DNA from: Candidatus Bathyarchaeota archaeon
Lineage (GTDB): Archaea; Thermoproteota; Bathyarchaeia; Bathyarchaeales; Bathycorpusculaceae
Assembly: GCA_963720565.1 (NCBI GenBank)
Contig: CAVRFW010000005.1
Location: 160,001 to 224,000, forward strand
Reading direction: 5' to 3'
DNA: 64,000 nt
This document shows, one piece after another, positions 1 through 10,777 of this stretch (positions within the stretch are counted from its first letter, which is position 1; every line of letters starts with the position of its first letter). Both the position numbers and the translations under genes were made by a program. The notes under the pieces are model-generated. The model was given only the letters and a program-made list of their open reading frames with translations. It did not search any database and was not told the origin of the DNA.

Positions 1-2
1 TC

Positions 3-2270
3 GAGGATACACGAATTGCTGAGAAAATCTACCAAGTAATCAAAGAGACTGTTACTGACCCTAACGATCCAAAACAGTACGATACTGCGTCAAAGAAAAT
101 TCGCGAACTAATCAATAGGACATCCATGCCGAAAGAAGTTGAGACTGCGGTTAAATCAGCCTACAAAGAACTCTGCAAAAGGCTTAACCTGAAGGATGCT
201 TTTGTTGCTGTTAGATCGAGCGCTACTGCGGAAGATCTTCCAGACGCTTCTTTTGCCGGGCAACAAGAAACTTTCTTGAACGTTAAGGGCTCCGACGATC
301 TTCTAGATAAAGTTGTCAAGTGCTGGTCGAGCCTTTTTACTCCTCGCGCAATTTTCTACAGAAACGAAAAAGGGTTTGCTCATGAGAAAGTCTTCATAAG
401 CGTTGGAGTTCAGAAAATGGTGAACTCTCGAGCTGCAGGAGTCATGTTTACTATAAACCCAGTAACCGGCAACAAAGAGGAAATCGTTATCGAAGGCAAT
501 TATGGTCTGGGCGAATCGGTCGTTTCTGGTGCCGTGAACCCAGATGACTTTGTAGTTGACAAGAAAACGATGAAGATTACTTCACGGCGAATAGCTAGGA
601 AAACAATTCAGTACATCCGTGATCCCGATACGGGCAAAACGATCCATTTGGATGTGCCAGAAAATAAACAGAAAGAAACATGTCTTAATGATGAAGAAAT
701 TCTGAAGCTTGCCGAGTTGGCGAAATCGATTGAGGGTCACTATGGCAAGGCTATGGATATAGAATGGGCGATCGATAAAGATCTGCCTTTTCCCAAAAAC
801 ATGTTCTTGGTTCAAGCTCGTCCCGAGACTGTTTGGGGTGGCAAACCGATGGAAGTATTAAGTGGATTTGAAGAAGGCAAATCTGGAGAAGGCCTCAAAG
901 TCGTCGCAAAAGGAATATCCGCGGGAAAAAGAGGCTACGGCATAGGCATTGCTAAAGTCGTGTTTACTCCTGATGAAGCATCAAAAATTATGGTCAAAGG
1001 CGACATACTCGTAACAGATATGACTGATCCCAACTTCGTTCCATTCATGAAGATTGCAAGTGCAGTAGTAACTGATAAAGGGGGGGTAACCTCTCATGCG
1101 GCAATCGTCAGCCGCGAGTTTGGGATTCCTTGCATCGTTGGGACAGAAACAGCTACGAAAGTTATGGAGACCGGAAAGCAGTATACCATAGACTCGAGAA
1201 ATGGCATAGTTTACGAGGGAATCTTGGCTGAAGCCACAACGTCATCAGGTTCACAGGCTTCTGCTGCTGCAGGCGGAACACGTGTGGTCGAATCTGCCCC
1301 AGTAACAGCCACGAAGATTTACATGAATTTGGGTGCTCCTGAGAAAATAGTCGACTACGCGGATTTGCCTTTCGAAGGTATTGGCTTAATGCGCACTGAA
1401 TTCATCTTGTTAAACTACATAGGCCAGCACCCGATGCTTTTTGTTGACACAGGCGAAGGTCAGAAATTCGTGGATAAACTGGCTGAAGGTGTTGCTATAG
1501 TTGCCCGGGCTATCCAACCTCGGCCTGTTGTTGTGCGTTTCAGCGACTTTAAAACTAATGAGTACCGTGGTCTTAAGGGCGGAGACAAGTATGAGATTGT
1601 TGAAGAGAATCCGATGCTTGGCTGGAGAGGGTGTAGTCGATATATCAGCAAATGGTACCAGGCGGCTTTCAGACTTGAATGCCAAGCAATAAAGAAATGC
1701 CGCACAGAATGGGGGCTCAAAAACGTCTATGTTATGCTGCCGGTGGTTCGTACATTGTGGGAAGCTAAGAAATGCCTTGATATCATGAAGGAGGAAGGTT
1801 TGGAAAGGTCCCGTGATTTCAAGGTGTGGTTCATGGCTGAAACACCTTCCATCGCTATTCTTGCTGACGAGTTCTCCAAGCTTGTCGACGGATTCTCTAT
1901 AGGGTCCAATGATATGACGCAGGGCATTCTGATGATTGACAGGGATTCAGAACGTTTGGGTCAAATGGGCTACTTCGATGAACGCGATCCTGCGGTAAAA
2001 AGAATAATTGCACACTTGATTAAAGTGGCGCATGAGAATGGTTGCACGGTCTCTATATGTGGGGAGGGTCCTTCAAACTTGCCAGACTTCGCTGAGTTCC
2101 TTGTCCGCGTTGGAATAGACAGCATTTCAGTAAACAATGATGCTCTGATCACGACAAAGAAAATGGTTGCAAGCATAGAACAGAAGATAATTCTTGAACG
2201 CCTGGCGGAGCAAGCAGCAATAGCTTCTGGGCACCCGATGAAGAAACCAATCCCTGACTGGGAATGGTGA
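3..2270 (+). CDS. ppsA: Phosphoenolpyruvate synthase (pyruvate, water dikinase), 5'-truncated by the window edge
   Basis: VAVRSSATAEDLPDASFAGQQET, phospho-His motif GGVTSHAAIVSRE, EENPMLGWRG, SIGSNDMTQ; frame is open from position 3. Confidence 0.96.
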   Translation, partial: EDTRIAEKIYQVIKETVTDPNDPKQYDTASKKIRELINRTSMPKEVETAVKSAYKELCKRLNLKDAFVAVRSSATAEDLPDASFAGQQETFLNVKGSDDLLDKVVKCWSSLFTPRAIFYRNEKGFAHEKVFISVGVQKMVNSRAAGVMFTINPVTGNKEEIVIEGNYGLGESVVSGAVNPDDFVVDKKTMKITSRRIARKTIQYIRDPDTGKTIHLDVPENKQKETCLNDEEILKLAELAKSIEGHYGKAMDIEWAIDKDLPFPKNMFLVQARPETVWGGKPMEVLSGFEEGKSGEGLKVVAKGISAGKRGYGIGIAKVVFTPDEASKIMVKGDILVTDMTDPNFVPFMKIASAVVTDKGGVTSHAAIVSREFGIPCIVGTETATKVMETGKQYTIDSRNGIVYEGILAEATTSSGSQASAAAGGTRVVESAPVTATKIYMNLGAPEKIVDYADLPFEGIGLMRTEFILLNYIGQHPMLFVDTGEGQKFVDKLAEGVAIVARAIQPRPVVVRFSDFKTNEYRGLKGGDKYEIVEENPMLGWRGCSRYISKWYQAAFRLECQAIKKCRTEWGLKNVYVMLPVVRTLWEAKKCLDIMKEEGLERSRDFKVWFMAETPSIAILADEFSKLVDGFSIGSNDMTQGILMIDRDSERLGQMGYFDERDPAVKRIIAHLIKVAHENGCTVSICGEGPSNLPDFAEFLVRVGIDSISVNNDALITTKKMVASIEQKIILERLAEQAAIASGHPMKKPIPDWEW

Positions 2271-2356
2271 CACAGCCTAGGTAAACCACCAACAAGTGCA
2301 GAAATCGCCTTTCCCTTTTGTTATTTCATATAGAAAAATAAAGTGGATGCATTAGT

Positions 2357-3358
2357 ATGAAAGGGTTTGATTTTGAAGAAGAAAGAATAAAACTAGAAAT
2401 AGTAAAACTCGGGGCAAAACGCGTTCTCCTGCAACTGCCTGAAGGTCTGAAACCTGAGGGTCCACGCTTGGCGAAAATCATCGAAAAAACTGGTGCTGTT
2501 CCAATAATCTCGGCAGATCCATGTTACGGATCTTGTGACTTGGCCATTGATGAAGCCGAGAGTCTAGGTATAGACCTGATAGTGCATTTTGGACATGCAA
2601 AACTGGTTAGGCACGAACAGGTTCCAACTATATACATTGAAGCAAGAGCAACAGTGACCGTTGATGAGGCCGTCGAAGCCTCAGTTCCATTGTTGAGAGA
2701 ATGGAACAGAATAGGCTTAGCAACTACAATCCAGCATGTGCAAACGCTTGCAGAGGCAAGCGAAATTCTCGTTAGAGGAGGTAAAACGGTGGTAGTCGGA
2801 GATGCTGGACGAATGCACTACGCCGGGCGCGTGAGCGGATGTGACTACAGCAACGTTAAGTCAATCTCCAACGACGTTGATGCTTTCCTGTTCATCGGCG
2901 GTGGTCTGTTCCACGCTTTGGGTATTGCCCTGAGCACATCTAAACCAACTATAGTCGCCGATCCTTATGATAAACGAGCATATTCAGTGGACGATGAAGC
3001 ACAGAAAATAGTCAAACAGCGTTGGGCATCTATTGAAGAAGCAGGAGCAGCTAAAACATTTGGTGTTTTGGTGGGTTTGAAACTCGAACAGAAACGTCTT
3101 GATGAGGCACTAAAAGTCAAAGAGTCAATTGAAAAGGCAGGAAAGGTTGCTCTTCTTTTGGCTGTAAGAGAGGTTCTCCCAGAAACACTTATGGAATTTC
3201 CAACAATAGAGGCATATGTGAATACTGCTTGTCCAAGAATTTCTCTTGATGCTCCTTCAAAGTTCTCAAAGCCCGTTTTGACCGTGAACGAGTTTAAGGT
3301 GGTTTTCGGTGAAATCTCATGGCAAAGCCTACTCAAAAAAGGCTTGTTCGAAAGATAG
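2357..3358 (+). CDS. dph2: Diphthamide biosynthesis enzyme Dph2
   Basis: LQLPEGLK, DPCYGSCD, HFGH, GCD and NTACPRI motifs. Confidence 0.93.
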   Translation: MKGFDFEEERIKLEIVKLGAKRVLLQLPEGLKPEGPRLAKIIEKTGAVPIISADPCYGSCDLAIDEAESLGIDLIVHFGHAKLVRHEQVPTIYIEARATVTVDEAVEASVPLLREWNRIGLATTIQHVQTLAEASEILVRGGKTVVVGDAGRMHYAGRVSGCDYSNVKSISNDVDAFLFIGGGLFHALGIALSTSKPTIVADPYDKRAYSVDDEAQKIVKQRWASIEEAGAAKTFGVLVGLKLEQKRLDEALKVKESIEKAGKVALLLAVREVLPETLMEFPTIEAYVNTACPRISLDAPSKFSKPVLTVNEFKVVFGEISWQSLLKKGLFER

Positions 3359-4020
3359 ACATAGAGCTTTTTCTATCTCGGATTGCACCGCACACCTCGC
3401 CTCAGGCTAGCCTTGAGCAATATACAACTTCAGAAACTGTCGCTGCCACGCTGCTCTATATTGCCGCTTACGCTAACGATGACATCCCCGGGAAAACTGT
3501 TTTGGATTTAGGATGCGGTACTGGTAGGTTGGGTCTTGGCGCGGCTTTTTTGGGTGCAAAGTATGTTGTGGGGGTTGACATTGATAAGGCAGCAATAGCA
3601 TATGCTTCTGGGGCTTCGAGACGAGCGAACCTCGAAAACCGTGTTCAATGGGTTGTTGGAGACATAGCTGCTATAAGAGGCAAATTTGACACGGTTCTTC
3701 AAAATCCCCCATTCGGTGTTCAAACGCGAACCGCTGACAGGAAATTCTTGGAAAAGGCTTTGGAGGTTGGTTGCAGAGTGTACTCATTCCACAATCATCC
3801 GCATCATGATAAGCAGCTTGCTAGCCGACTTGGGGGTTCCAATATTGATCTCCTACAGGTTCCTCCTTCACCTTTTATTGAAAGGTTTGTTGAGACTCAC
3901 AATGGTTCGGTAAAAGCGGTTTACGCTATGCTTGTGACAATTCCACGCATGTTCAATTTTCACACAAAGAAAAATTACTCTTTTGTAGTTGACTTGTACG
4001 TGTTAGAGTCGAATAGTTGA
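3319..4020 (+). CDS. METTL5-family SAM-dependent RNA methyltransferase
   Basis: LEQYTT, VLDLGCGTG, NPPFG, FHTK motifs; usual neighbour of dph2 and csl4. Confidence 0.88.
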   Translation: MAKPTQKRLVRKIDIELFLSRIAPHTSPQASLEQYTTSETVAATLLYIAAYANDDIPGKTVLDLGCGTGRLGLGAAFLGAKYVVGVDIDKAAIAYASGASRRANLENRVQWVVGDIAAIRGKFDTVLQNPPFGVQTRTADRKFLEKALEVGCRVYSFHNHPHHDKQLASRLGGSNIDLLQVPPSPFIERFVETHNGSVKAVYAMLVTIPRMFNFHTKKNYSFVVDLYVLESNS

Positions 4021-4164
4021 CATTTCTCCAAACGCGAGATGGGTCTCTCGGTTTCTTCTCGTTATTGTAATCAAAAGGTTTATTGAGCAGCATGGAAGTT
4101 TACAGATATACCCATTTAGCGAAAGTGTCTATTCCATTTGTATTCGCTGTGAAAGGGAAATCAC

Positions 4165-4746
4165 ATGAGTTTGAAATCACCTCAACAGAAGAGTGGTCAT
4201 CTAGTGTTGCCTGGCGAGCGTCTGGGCGTTATTGAAGAATACATTCCGGATTCTGGAACATACGTCAAAGACGGTGTAATCTACTCTAAGATTATTGGTC
4301 GCGCTTTGATGGATTTGCTAAACAAACGCGTTTCGGTTTACCCGGTGGTTGACAGAGTAGCGGTTCCAAAACTCTCAAGCTCTGTTGTAGGGCAGGTTGG
4401 CAACGCCCAATCAGACAATGTTTTAGTGCGAATCTTCAAGATAGGCCCGAATAGACTTTCGGGTGTTTTCTCTGGTATACTGCATATTTCTGATGTTCAG
4501 GATAGATACGTTGATTCTATGAATGACGTGTGCAAACCCGGCGATATTATACGTGCTAAGGTCATAAGTGAAAAGAACAAGATGTACCACCTGTCAACAG
4601 TCGACAAGGACATGGGTGTGCTCTACGGTTTCTGTTCTCGGTGTGGAGGTCTACTGGAGCAGAAACATAATGATATGAACTGCCCTAAGTGTGGAAACGT
4701 TGAACGGCGCAAAACCGCATCGGATTATGGAAAGGAGGAACTATAA
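4165..4746 (+). CDS. csl4: Exosome RNA-binding subunit Csl4
   Basis: VLPGERLG N-terminus, S1 domain (PGDIIRAKVIS), C-terminal Zn ribbon CSRCG...CPKCGNVERRK. Confidence 0.93.
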   Translation: MSLKSPQQKSGHLVLPGERLGVIEEYIPDSGTYVKDGVIYSKIIGRALMDLLNKRVSVYPVVDRVAVPKLSSSVVGQVGNAQSDNVLVRIFKIGPNRLSGVFSGILHISDVQDRYVDSMNDVCKPGDIIRAKVISEKNKMYHLSTVDKDMGVLYGFCSRCGGLLEQKHNDMNCPKCGNVERRKTASDYGKEEL

Positions 4747-4750
4747 ACAA

Positions 4751-5032
4751 TTGAAGGTCAAGGTGCTAAAAAGAGAGGGTAAAGAACTCAAGATTGAAAT
4801 TGAAGGTGCAGGGCACGGTTTATGTAATCTAATTCAAAAGAAGCTTTTAGAAGACAAAGGCGTTGATATGGCTGGTTATGACGTTCCACATCCACTTGCA
4901 TCGAATCCTGTAATCTATGTAAGGATGAAAGGAACAGTGAAGCCGGAAGAGGCTCTTAGAAAAGCCGCAGCGAAGGCTCGCGAGACAAATGACGCCTTCA
5001 GTAAGGAATTAGAAAAGGCTCTCAAGGTCTAA
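4751..5032 (+). CDS. rpoL: RNA polymerase subunit L (Rpo11)
   Basis: EIEGAGHGLCNL...AGYDVPHPL; TTG start at 4751 after GGAGG; synteny with csl4. Confidence 0.9.
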   Translation: MKVKVLKREGKELKIEIEGAGHGLCNLIQKKLLEDKGVDMAGYDVPHPLASNPVIYVRMKGTVKPEEALRKAAAKARETNDAFSKELEKALKV

Positions 5033-5152
5033 ATATCGGTTTTTAAGCTATAAATCCTAGAGGTTTCTTCTTCCTTTGTCGGGAAAGACCGGTTTTCTAG
5101 GCCACGCTAAGTTTATAACTGCTTTAACACATTCCACAATTAGTGCGAGAGA

Positions 5153-5743
5153 TTGGTCCCTAAGAGTCTCCGTTCGATTAAGCCTGAAATTCGTGTTTTG
5201 GGAGTGGACGACGGTAAATTTATTTCTCATACGAACACCCAAGTGCTTGTTGTCGGTATCGTTTTTCGGGGAGGCTACTGGTTGGACGGTCTACTGCGAA
5301 CCAGGATAAGCGTGGACGGACTAAACTCTACCGAGAAGATAGCTTCAATGATTACAAGCTCGTCACACTGCAAACAACTGCAGGTCATAATGCTAAACGG
5401 CATAACGTTTGCTGGCTTCAATGTGGTGGATATTAAAACTTTGAACAGGGTCACAGGCATTCCAGTAATCACAGTCACTCGCGAAAAACCTGACTTAGAT
5501 AGGATTCATAATGCACTCAAAAACCTTCCTGCAGGCGAATTGCGCTGGAGACTCATAAACGAAGCTGGTGCCCCCTCTGAACTGGAAACTCGGAACGCAG
5601 GAGCAAAAATCTATGTTCAAACTGCCGGAATACACAATGATGACGCTCAAAGAATCATACGGTTCACCTCAACTCGAAGCAGTATTCCAGAACCATTGCG
5701 TGTCGCACATATTATTGCCTCGGGATTAGGTGCCCTTGACTAG
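5153..5743 (+). CDS. DUF99 family (endonuclease V-like fold) protein
   Basis: IRVLGVDDG, GITFAGFNVVD, IPEPLRVAH motifs. Confidence 0.85.
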   Translation: MVPKSLRSIKPEIRVLGVDDGKFISHTNTQVLVVGIVFRGGYWLDGLLRTRISVDGLNSTEKIASMITSSSHCKQLQVIMLNGITFAGFNVVDIKTLNRVTGIPVITVTREKPDLDRIHNALKNLPAGELRWRLINEAGAPSELETRNAGAKIYVQTAGIHNDDAQRIIRFTSTRSSIPEPLRVAHIIASGLGALD

Positions 5744-5810
5744 TGAACTGGCAAACCTTTAAAAGTGACCGTGTAAACGGAATCAAAAACGGGTAATGGA
5801 GTAACGAACT

Positions 5811-6161
5811 ATGGAGTTCTGTCCAAAATGTGGTTCTCGCCTTGAGCCCAAGAAATCCAAGTCGGGAAAGGCAACTTCAGTGATGCTTGCCTGCCAGAAA
5901 TGCGGTTACAAAAAGCAAGAACATGGCAGAGTCGAGACCAAAGTCGGCAAGGTCATTCAGCATGACCCCCAGCAACTCGTGGCCGTGATAAGTAAGGAGG
6001 AGCAGAAGTTGAGGACGCTTCCGACAGTTCGGATCGAGTGCCCAAAGTGCGGCAATAACGTTGCATATGTGTGGCAGGTTCAGACAAGAGGTTCTGATGA
6101 ATCTTCAACCCAGTTTCTGCGGTGCACAAAATGCAACTACACTTTCAGAGAATACAGCTGA
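5811..6161 (+). CDS. tfs: Transcription factor S (TFS, RpoM-like)
   Basis: Two Zn ribbons; QTRGSDES cleavage-stimulating motif. Confidence 0.93.
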   Translation: MEFCPKCGSRLEPKKSKSGKATSVMLACQKCGYKKQEHGRVETKVGKVIQHDPQQLVAVISKEEQKLRTLPTVRIECPKCGNNVAYVWQVQTRGSDESSTQFLRCTKCNYTFREYS

Positions 6162-6383
6162 ACACTTTGTATCAATAATCTGCTCTGCTAATTCCTCAAA
6201 ACTGCTTTTATGCAAGAAGGTTCTCACAAAAAGTCATGACTCTTCGACGTTTACCACATTTCTAAGCGCGAAACAAGCGCATATTTCTTCTATTGCCCGA
6301 TTGGATTCTGGCGACTTATTTCTTATGTTAAACTGTAAGTCTTTTATACCCCATAGCATATGGATTAAGCGAGGAAAAAAGTT

Positions 6384-7139
6384 GTGTTTAGGCTCAAAGT
6401 GGCTGACGCCAAACTATTAAGAGATATGTCTACTGCTATCTCGATTCTTGTAGACGAAGCTACATTCAAAATTGAACCAGACGGTTTGAAACTTCGAGCG
6501 ATGGATCCATCCCGTGTGGCTATGATTGATTTTGAATGGCCTAAGACAATTTTTGAGGAATATGTGTGCGCAGAACCAACGAAAATGTGCATTAACATAA
6601 GTGAGCTGCTCAAACTGCTAAAACGGGCGAGTAAGGATGAAGCTGTTGAATTGTCTCTTGACGAAAAAACTGGACGATTACAGATTAAGATATCTGGAAA
6701 GTATAGCAGAAACTTTACCATGCCTACTCTTGAAGCTTCCGAAGAAGAAGTCCCGACGCCCAAGATTGCGTTCAATGTGAAGGCAAAAACCACTACACAG
6801 GGGCTCAGCCAAGCGATAGAGGATGCTCAACTCGTGAGCGATCATGTTCGTATAGAAGCAGACTCGGAGAAACTACTTCTTAATGCTTCAGGCGACTTGA
6901 TGGGCGCTACTATAACACTTCAGAAAGGTAGCGACACGCTGCTGGATCTTGAAGCCAAAGAAAATTCGAAGGCTACCTTCAGCCTTAGCTACTTGTCAGA
7001 GATCATAAAAGCGGCATCAGCCACTTCGGAAATTGCCACTCTTGAATTCTCATCAGATATGCCCATAAGAATAGACTTTCAACAGACCAAAGAGGGCAAA
7101 TTGACCTTCTTCCTTGCGCCAAGAATCGAAACAGAATAA
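6384..7139 (+). CDS. pcn: DNA polymerase sliding clamp PCNA
   Basis: LRAMDPSRVAMI motif; C-terminal FFLAPRIE. Confidence 0.96.
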   Translation: MFRLKVADAKLLRDMSTAISILVDEATFKIEPDGLKLRAMDPSRVAMIDFEWPKTIFEEYVCAEPTKMCINISELLKLLKRASKDEAVELSLDEKTGRLQIKISGKYSRNFTMPTLEASEEEVPTPKIAFNVKAKTTTQGLSQAIEDAQLVSDHVRIEADSEKLLLNASGDLMGATITLQKGSDTLLDLEAKENSKATFSLSYLSEIIKAASATSEIATLEFSSDMPIRIDFQQTKEGKLTFFLAPRIETE

Positions 7140-7201
7140 CTAGAATTACGGCATGCTGGCGCGTGCATGCGCTGGCGAACAAAAGCTCCGCATGCTTGAA
7201 T

Positions 7202-8227
7202 TCAAAGGTATTCTATTGTTCTTGTGCGTCTTGTCCGGCCTTGTTTTCTCAGGTGATATGTCAAAGGATTTCTTATGGTTCTGCATATCGAATCAGCAGG
7301 TCCAAAACAAACGCCATGAGTCTGCAGTGAAGCACAATTGTAAGTTACATATGGCTTGGTTAATCCGCTTTTGCCTGCGAGATTTTCAACTTGGTATCTT
7401 GTTTTGTCTTCCTTAAAATCTGAGACATTGGAGAACAAACTGACAATCGTGTCTATGCTCAAGTTCTGATGGATCAGGTAAGTCACCAACGTGAATCTTT
7501 CAACGTGTGACAGATGCTGCCCTTTCGCTGCTCTATCCATAAGTCCCTTTATGCATGGAGGGTAATCGGATTCCTGTGCACGTATAACCTCGTAGACCTC
7601 TTCAAACAACGGTTTTCTTTTCAAGAATTCCGCCTTGAGTTCCTCGATATCCTTCTGGATCTCGCCAGGAACCTGGGTGAGCTCCTGTTTAGTGCTGTCC
7701 TCTATTCGCTTCTGGACTTCTTCCTGCAGCAACCTTGCAAGTTCAGCGGGCGCTACACGAACCCACCCCTTCTGCATCGTTCTGTTGAGAAGTTTCCATT
7801 TAGGATCATGGAACAGTCTTCCCCTCGCTGTGTTCTGAAGGAATTTCGTGAAATAAATTGAAAAAGAAAGATCTTGGTTAACATGGACTTCCCATTCGAA
7901 AGCCTTGGCAATTTCAAAAATAACATCGTTGTTTTTTTCAGTCTCAAGGAACCTGTTTATTCTCTTAGACTCAAACAAGGCAAACCGTTCTGTTAGTTTG
8001 GGGTCTCCTATTCCCGTTGCATATATTATGGAAAGGGGATAAGAAGCCACTTCGATCTCGAACTGTTTGCTCGGTTCTTGAGAAATTGCCATCGCAAGCT
8101 CGAAAGTAGAAGTTATCCTCTGTTTCGCTCGGTCTCTAATTGCTTCCAAGCCAGCGATTGTCTCAAAATCCAATCCCAATTCAGCAACATGTTTTCTCGC
8201 CTGCGGCAAGAAAGGATATTTGACCAT
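7202..8227 (-). CDS. priL: DNA primase large subunit
   Basis: KYPFL N-terminus; YPPCI, LSHVERF, TRYQVE, Fe-S cysteines (YNC...C...C), NPLTY. Confidence 0.92.
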   Translation of the reverse strand: MVKYPFLPQARKHVAELGLDFETIAGLEAIRDRAKQRITSTFELAMAISQEPSKQFEIEVASYPLSIIYATGIGDPKLTERFALFESKRINRFLETEKNNDVIFEIAKAFEWEVHVNQDLSFSIYFTKFLQNTARGRLFHDPKWKLLNRTMQKGWVRVAPAELARLLQEEVQKRIEDSTKQELTQVPGEIQKDIEELKAEFLKRKPLFEEVYEVIRAQESDYPPCIKGLMDRAAKGQHLSHVERFTLVTYLIHQNLSIDTIVSLFSNVSDFKEDKTRYQVENLAGKSGLTKPYVTYNCASLQTHGVCFGPADSICRTIRNPLTYHLRKQGRTRRTRTIEYL

Positions 8228-8441
8228 GTCAGCTAGCGTGACGGAAATGAGATCACCCGATGTTGACTAGTACCCGTAGCTGAAAAATATAAAGACTTTT
8301 CAAACCACGGCAACAAGACCTGCGAGTTTTCAATGTTCAGCCTAGTGTAAAACCTTAGTGAGTGCTATGTAAACATAGACGAGGTTAACGTTAAATCTGG
8401 CGACGCTAAATCATTACTCGGATTGACAGGGGGAGGATTTT

Positions 8442-9611
8442 GTGGTTCCACGTGACTTTGTCTACGAAAAATTCTCGGAATACTACAAAAATTCATCCGA
8501 GACCATCAATCCCCCTTTACTATTTGATCAAAGAGAGTTCGGTTTTTTTCTGCTGAAAGAAAAAGTTATGCTCAGACACAAGAGATTTGGCAAGAAAACT
8601 GATCTGAACTCTTTTTTGAGCGAGGTCGTGCCCTCTGATGTTTACCATTCATGCGCCTACTACGAAAACCCAGATTTCGAGATGAGTAAGAAGGGCTGGC
8701 GGGGTTCAGATTTGGTTTTCGACATAGACGCTGATCATATTCCAACACCATGCAACAAGATTCATGATGAATGGAGCTGCGGCAAGTGCGGCTTCACTGG
8801 AAGAGGGATCACACCTGATGTCTGTCCAGCCTGTGGTGGAATGAAGTTCGACACTAAAACTTGGCCCTGCGAACTCTGCTTGCAGTCTGCAAAAGAGGAG
8901 ACCGAGAAATTAGTTGTCATGTTAGAGGAGGATTTTGGGTTTTCCCCTGAAGAGATGCACGTTTTCTTTTCTGGACACCGTGGCTATCATTTGCATGTTG
9001 AGACTGAATCAGTCAGGACCTTGGACGCGGCTGCCCGCAAGGAAATAGTTGATTATGTTTCCGGGCTCGGTCTCATGCTATTAGATGAAGACATCGAGAA
9101 AAAAGGTTCCAGACGGCGGAAGGTGAAGTTCTTTGATTTCCAAGATTTCGGATGGCGAAGACGCCTGAAGGTGGGCATGGAAAAATTCGTTACGAACGCC
9201 ACCAAAGAGGATTTAAAAGCGATAAGAATTCGAAGCTATAATGTGCTGAAGAATAGAGAGACAATTTCTTGGATGAGGCTGGCTCGATATATAAGAGATT
9301 TGGAGTCTGCGAAGATTGATACGGTAGTAACCACAGACTTGCATCGTCTGATCAGGATGGCTGGAACGCTGCACGGCAAAACAGGTTTGCTGAAGGTCGA
9401 ATTTCCAACGTCTAAAATTGCGAGTTTCGATCCTTTCAAGGAAGCGGTAGCTTTTAAAAAGGGGACAGCGAGAGTGTCTGTCTCTAGCGCGCCAGAGTTT
9501 AGGTTGTGTGGAGAAGTGTTTGGTCCTTACAGGAATCAGACGGTTGAACTGTCGACAGCTGCAGCGGTCTTGCTCGTGTGCAAGAAAAGAGCTGAGGTGG
9601 TACAGAATTGA
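8442..9611 (+). CDS. priS: DNA primase small (catalytic) subunit with Cys-rich insert
   Basis: QREFGF, DLVFDIDAD, FSGHRGYH, IDTVVTTDLHRLIRMAGTLHGKTG. Confidence 0.94.
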   Translation: MVPRDFVYEKFSEYYKNSSETINPPLLFDQREFGFFLLKEKVMLRHKRFGKKTDLNSFLSEVVPSDVYHSCAYYENPDFEMSKKGWRGSDLVFDIDADHIPTPCNKIHDEWSCGKCGFTGRGITPDVCPACGGMKFDTKTWPCELCLQSAKEETEKLVVMLEEDFGFSPEEMHVFFSGHRGYHLHVETESVRTLDAAARKEIVDYVSGLGLMLLDEDIEKKGSRRRKVKFFDFQDFGWRRRLKVGMEKFVTNATKEDLKAIRIRSYNVLKNRETISWMRLARYIRDLESAKIDTVVTTDLHRLIRMAGTLHGKTGLLKVEFPTSKIASFDPFKEAVAFKKGTARVSVSSAPEFRLCGEVFGPYRNQTVELSTAAAVLLVCKKRAEVVQN

Positions 9612-10162
9612 ACGCGTACGAAGAGCTCTATTTTGCTTGGCGACGAGAAATCGAACATGCTGAGTTGGGAAATCTGTCCAGAGACTTTTACGTGAGAATC
9701 ACGGATTACCTTCGGCTTCTTAGGGAGGGTGGCAGGATGTTGGATAAGAAGACCTTGAAGTCGAGTTTGCTGGAGCATGAATCAGAACATGTCCAAAATA
9801 TGCTTGAACAGCTGGTCTGGGCGAGGTATGAGAAGCTAGTTCGTTTAGTCGCCGAGAGTCAAAAAGTACCTTCTGAACTCTTAGCTGAAGAGGAAGCGAG
9901 ACTCTTTGAGGGTTTTGCTCCGTTTGCGGAGGCATACAGCCGATTTGCCAAAGGATTACTACAGGGGCAGCTTGCTATAGGAAACGTGGAAAAAGCACAC
10001 AAAAGGGTTGTTTTAAGGTTCGTAAAATCTGTTCCCTCCATTATTGGCGTGGACATGAAGGCTTACGGTCCTTTCCTAGCCGAGGACGTAGCTTCAGTAT
10101 CTGTTGAAAACGCGAGGATTTTGGTTAAGCAGGGCCTAGCTATATTGGTCGAGTCTTCCTAG
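9608..10162 (+). CDS. GINS complex subunit Gins51 (Gins15)
   Basis: Helical A-domain plus C-terminal B-domain (IIGVDMKAYGPF...ENARILVKQG); follows priS. Confidence 0.85.
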   Translation: MNAYEELYFAWRREIEHAELGNLSRDFYVRITDYLRLLREGGRMLDKKTLKSSLLEHESEHVQNMLEQLVWARYEKLVRLVAESQKVPSELLAEEEARLFEGFAPFAEAYSRFAKGLLQGQLAIGNVEKAHKRVVLRFVKSVPSIIGVDMKAYGPFLAEDVASVSVENARILVKQGLAILVESS

Positions 10163-10485
10163 CTACGCTCCTGTTCTTGAAAGCCTGAATTGCGAGAATC
10201 AAAAGTAAATATGCTACTATCTACGAAACAGAAACAAGTAGCTCTGTATGGAACTGGAATAGATTTACAGTATCAGATTCACACCGTAATTCATGCCAAT
10301 TGTGAGAGCACGCATTAGAGGGAAACAAAAACTGCGGTAGCGAAACTATCTCTGAAGTTCTCAGTATGCATCGCGGTATCTCCTGTTTGCAACTGTCGTG
10401 AATCAGTCACAAATGACTTTGAGAAAGCGGAAAAGGTATAAGAATGCGGATGTTTCCTCTATTGCAAAGCTGGAAAGCGATTGAT

Positions 10486-10761
10486 ATGAATGTTCCCAAA
10501 GAAGTCACTACATACTGTCCAAAATGCAAAAAACATCAAGCTCACACAGTAAGCCTATACAAGCCTGGAAAACGTCGTGCCTTGGCAAAAGGCGAACGCC
10601 ACCACGCACGAGAGAAAAAAGGCTATGGTGGGCAAAAATACCCGCTTCAGCACGAATTCGCCAAAACCACTAAGAAACAAACCCTTAGACTCAAGTGCAA
10701 AGTCTGTAACTACATGCGTCACAAGGACGGCATACGCCTAAGAAAACTAGCCATACAGTAA
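10486..10761 (+). CDS. rpl44e: 50S ribosomal protein L44e (eL42)
   Basis: TYCPKCKKH, GYGGQKYP, KTTKK, CKVC. Confidence 0.96.
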   Translation: MNVPKEVTTYCPKCKKHQAHTVSLYKPGKRRALAKGERHHAREKKGYGGQKYPLQHEFAKTTKKQTLRLKCKVCNYMRHKDGIRLRKLAIQ

Positions 10762-10777
10762 GGAGGCGAAACAAAAC

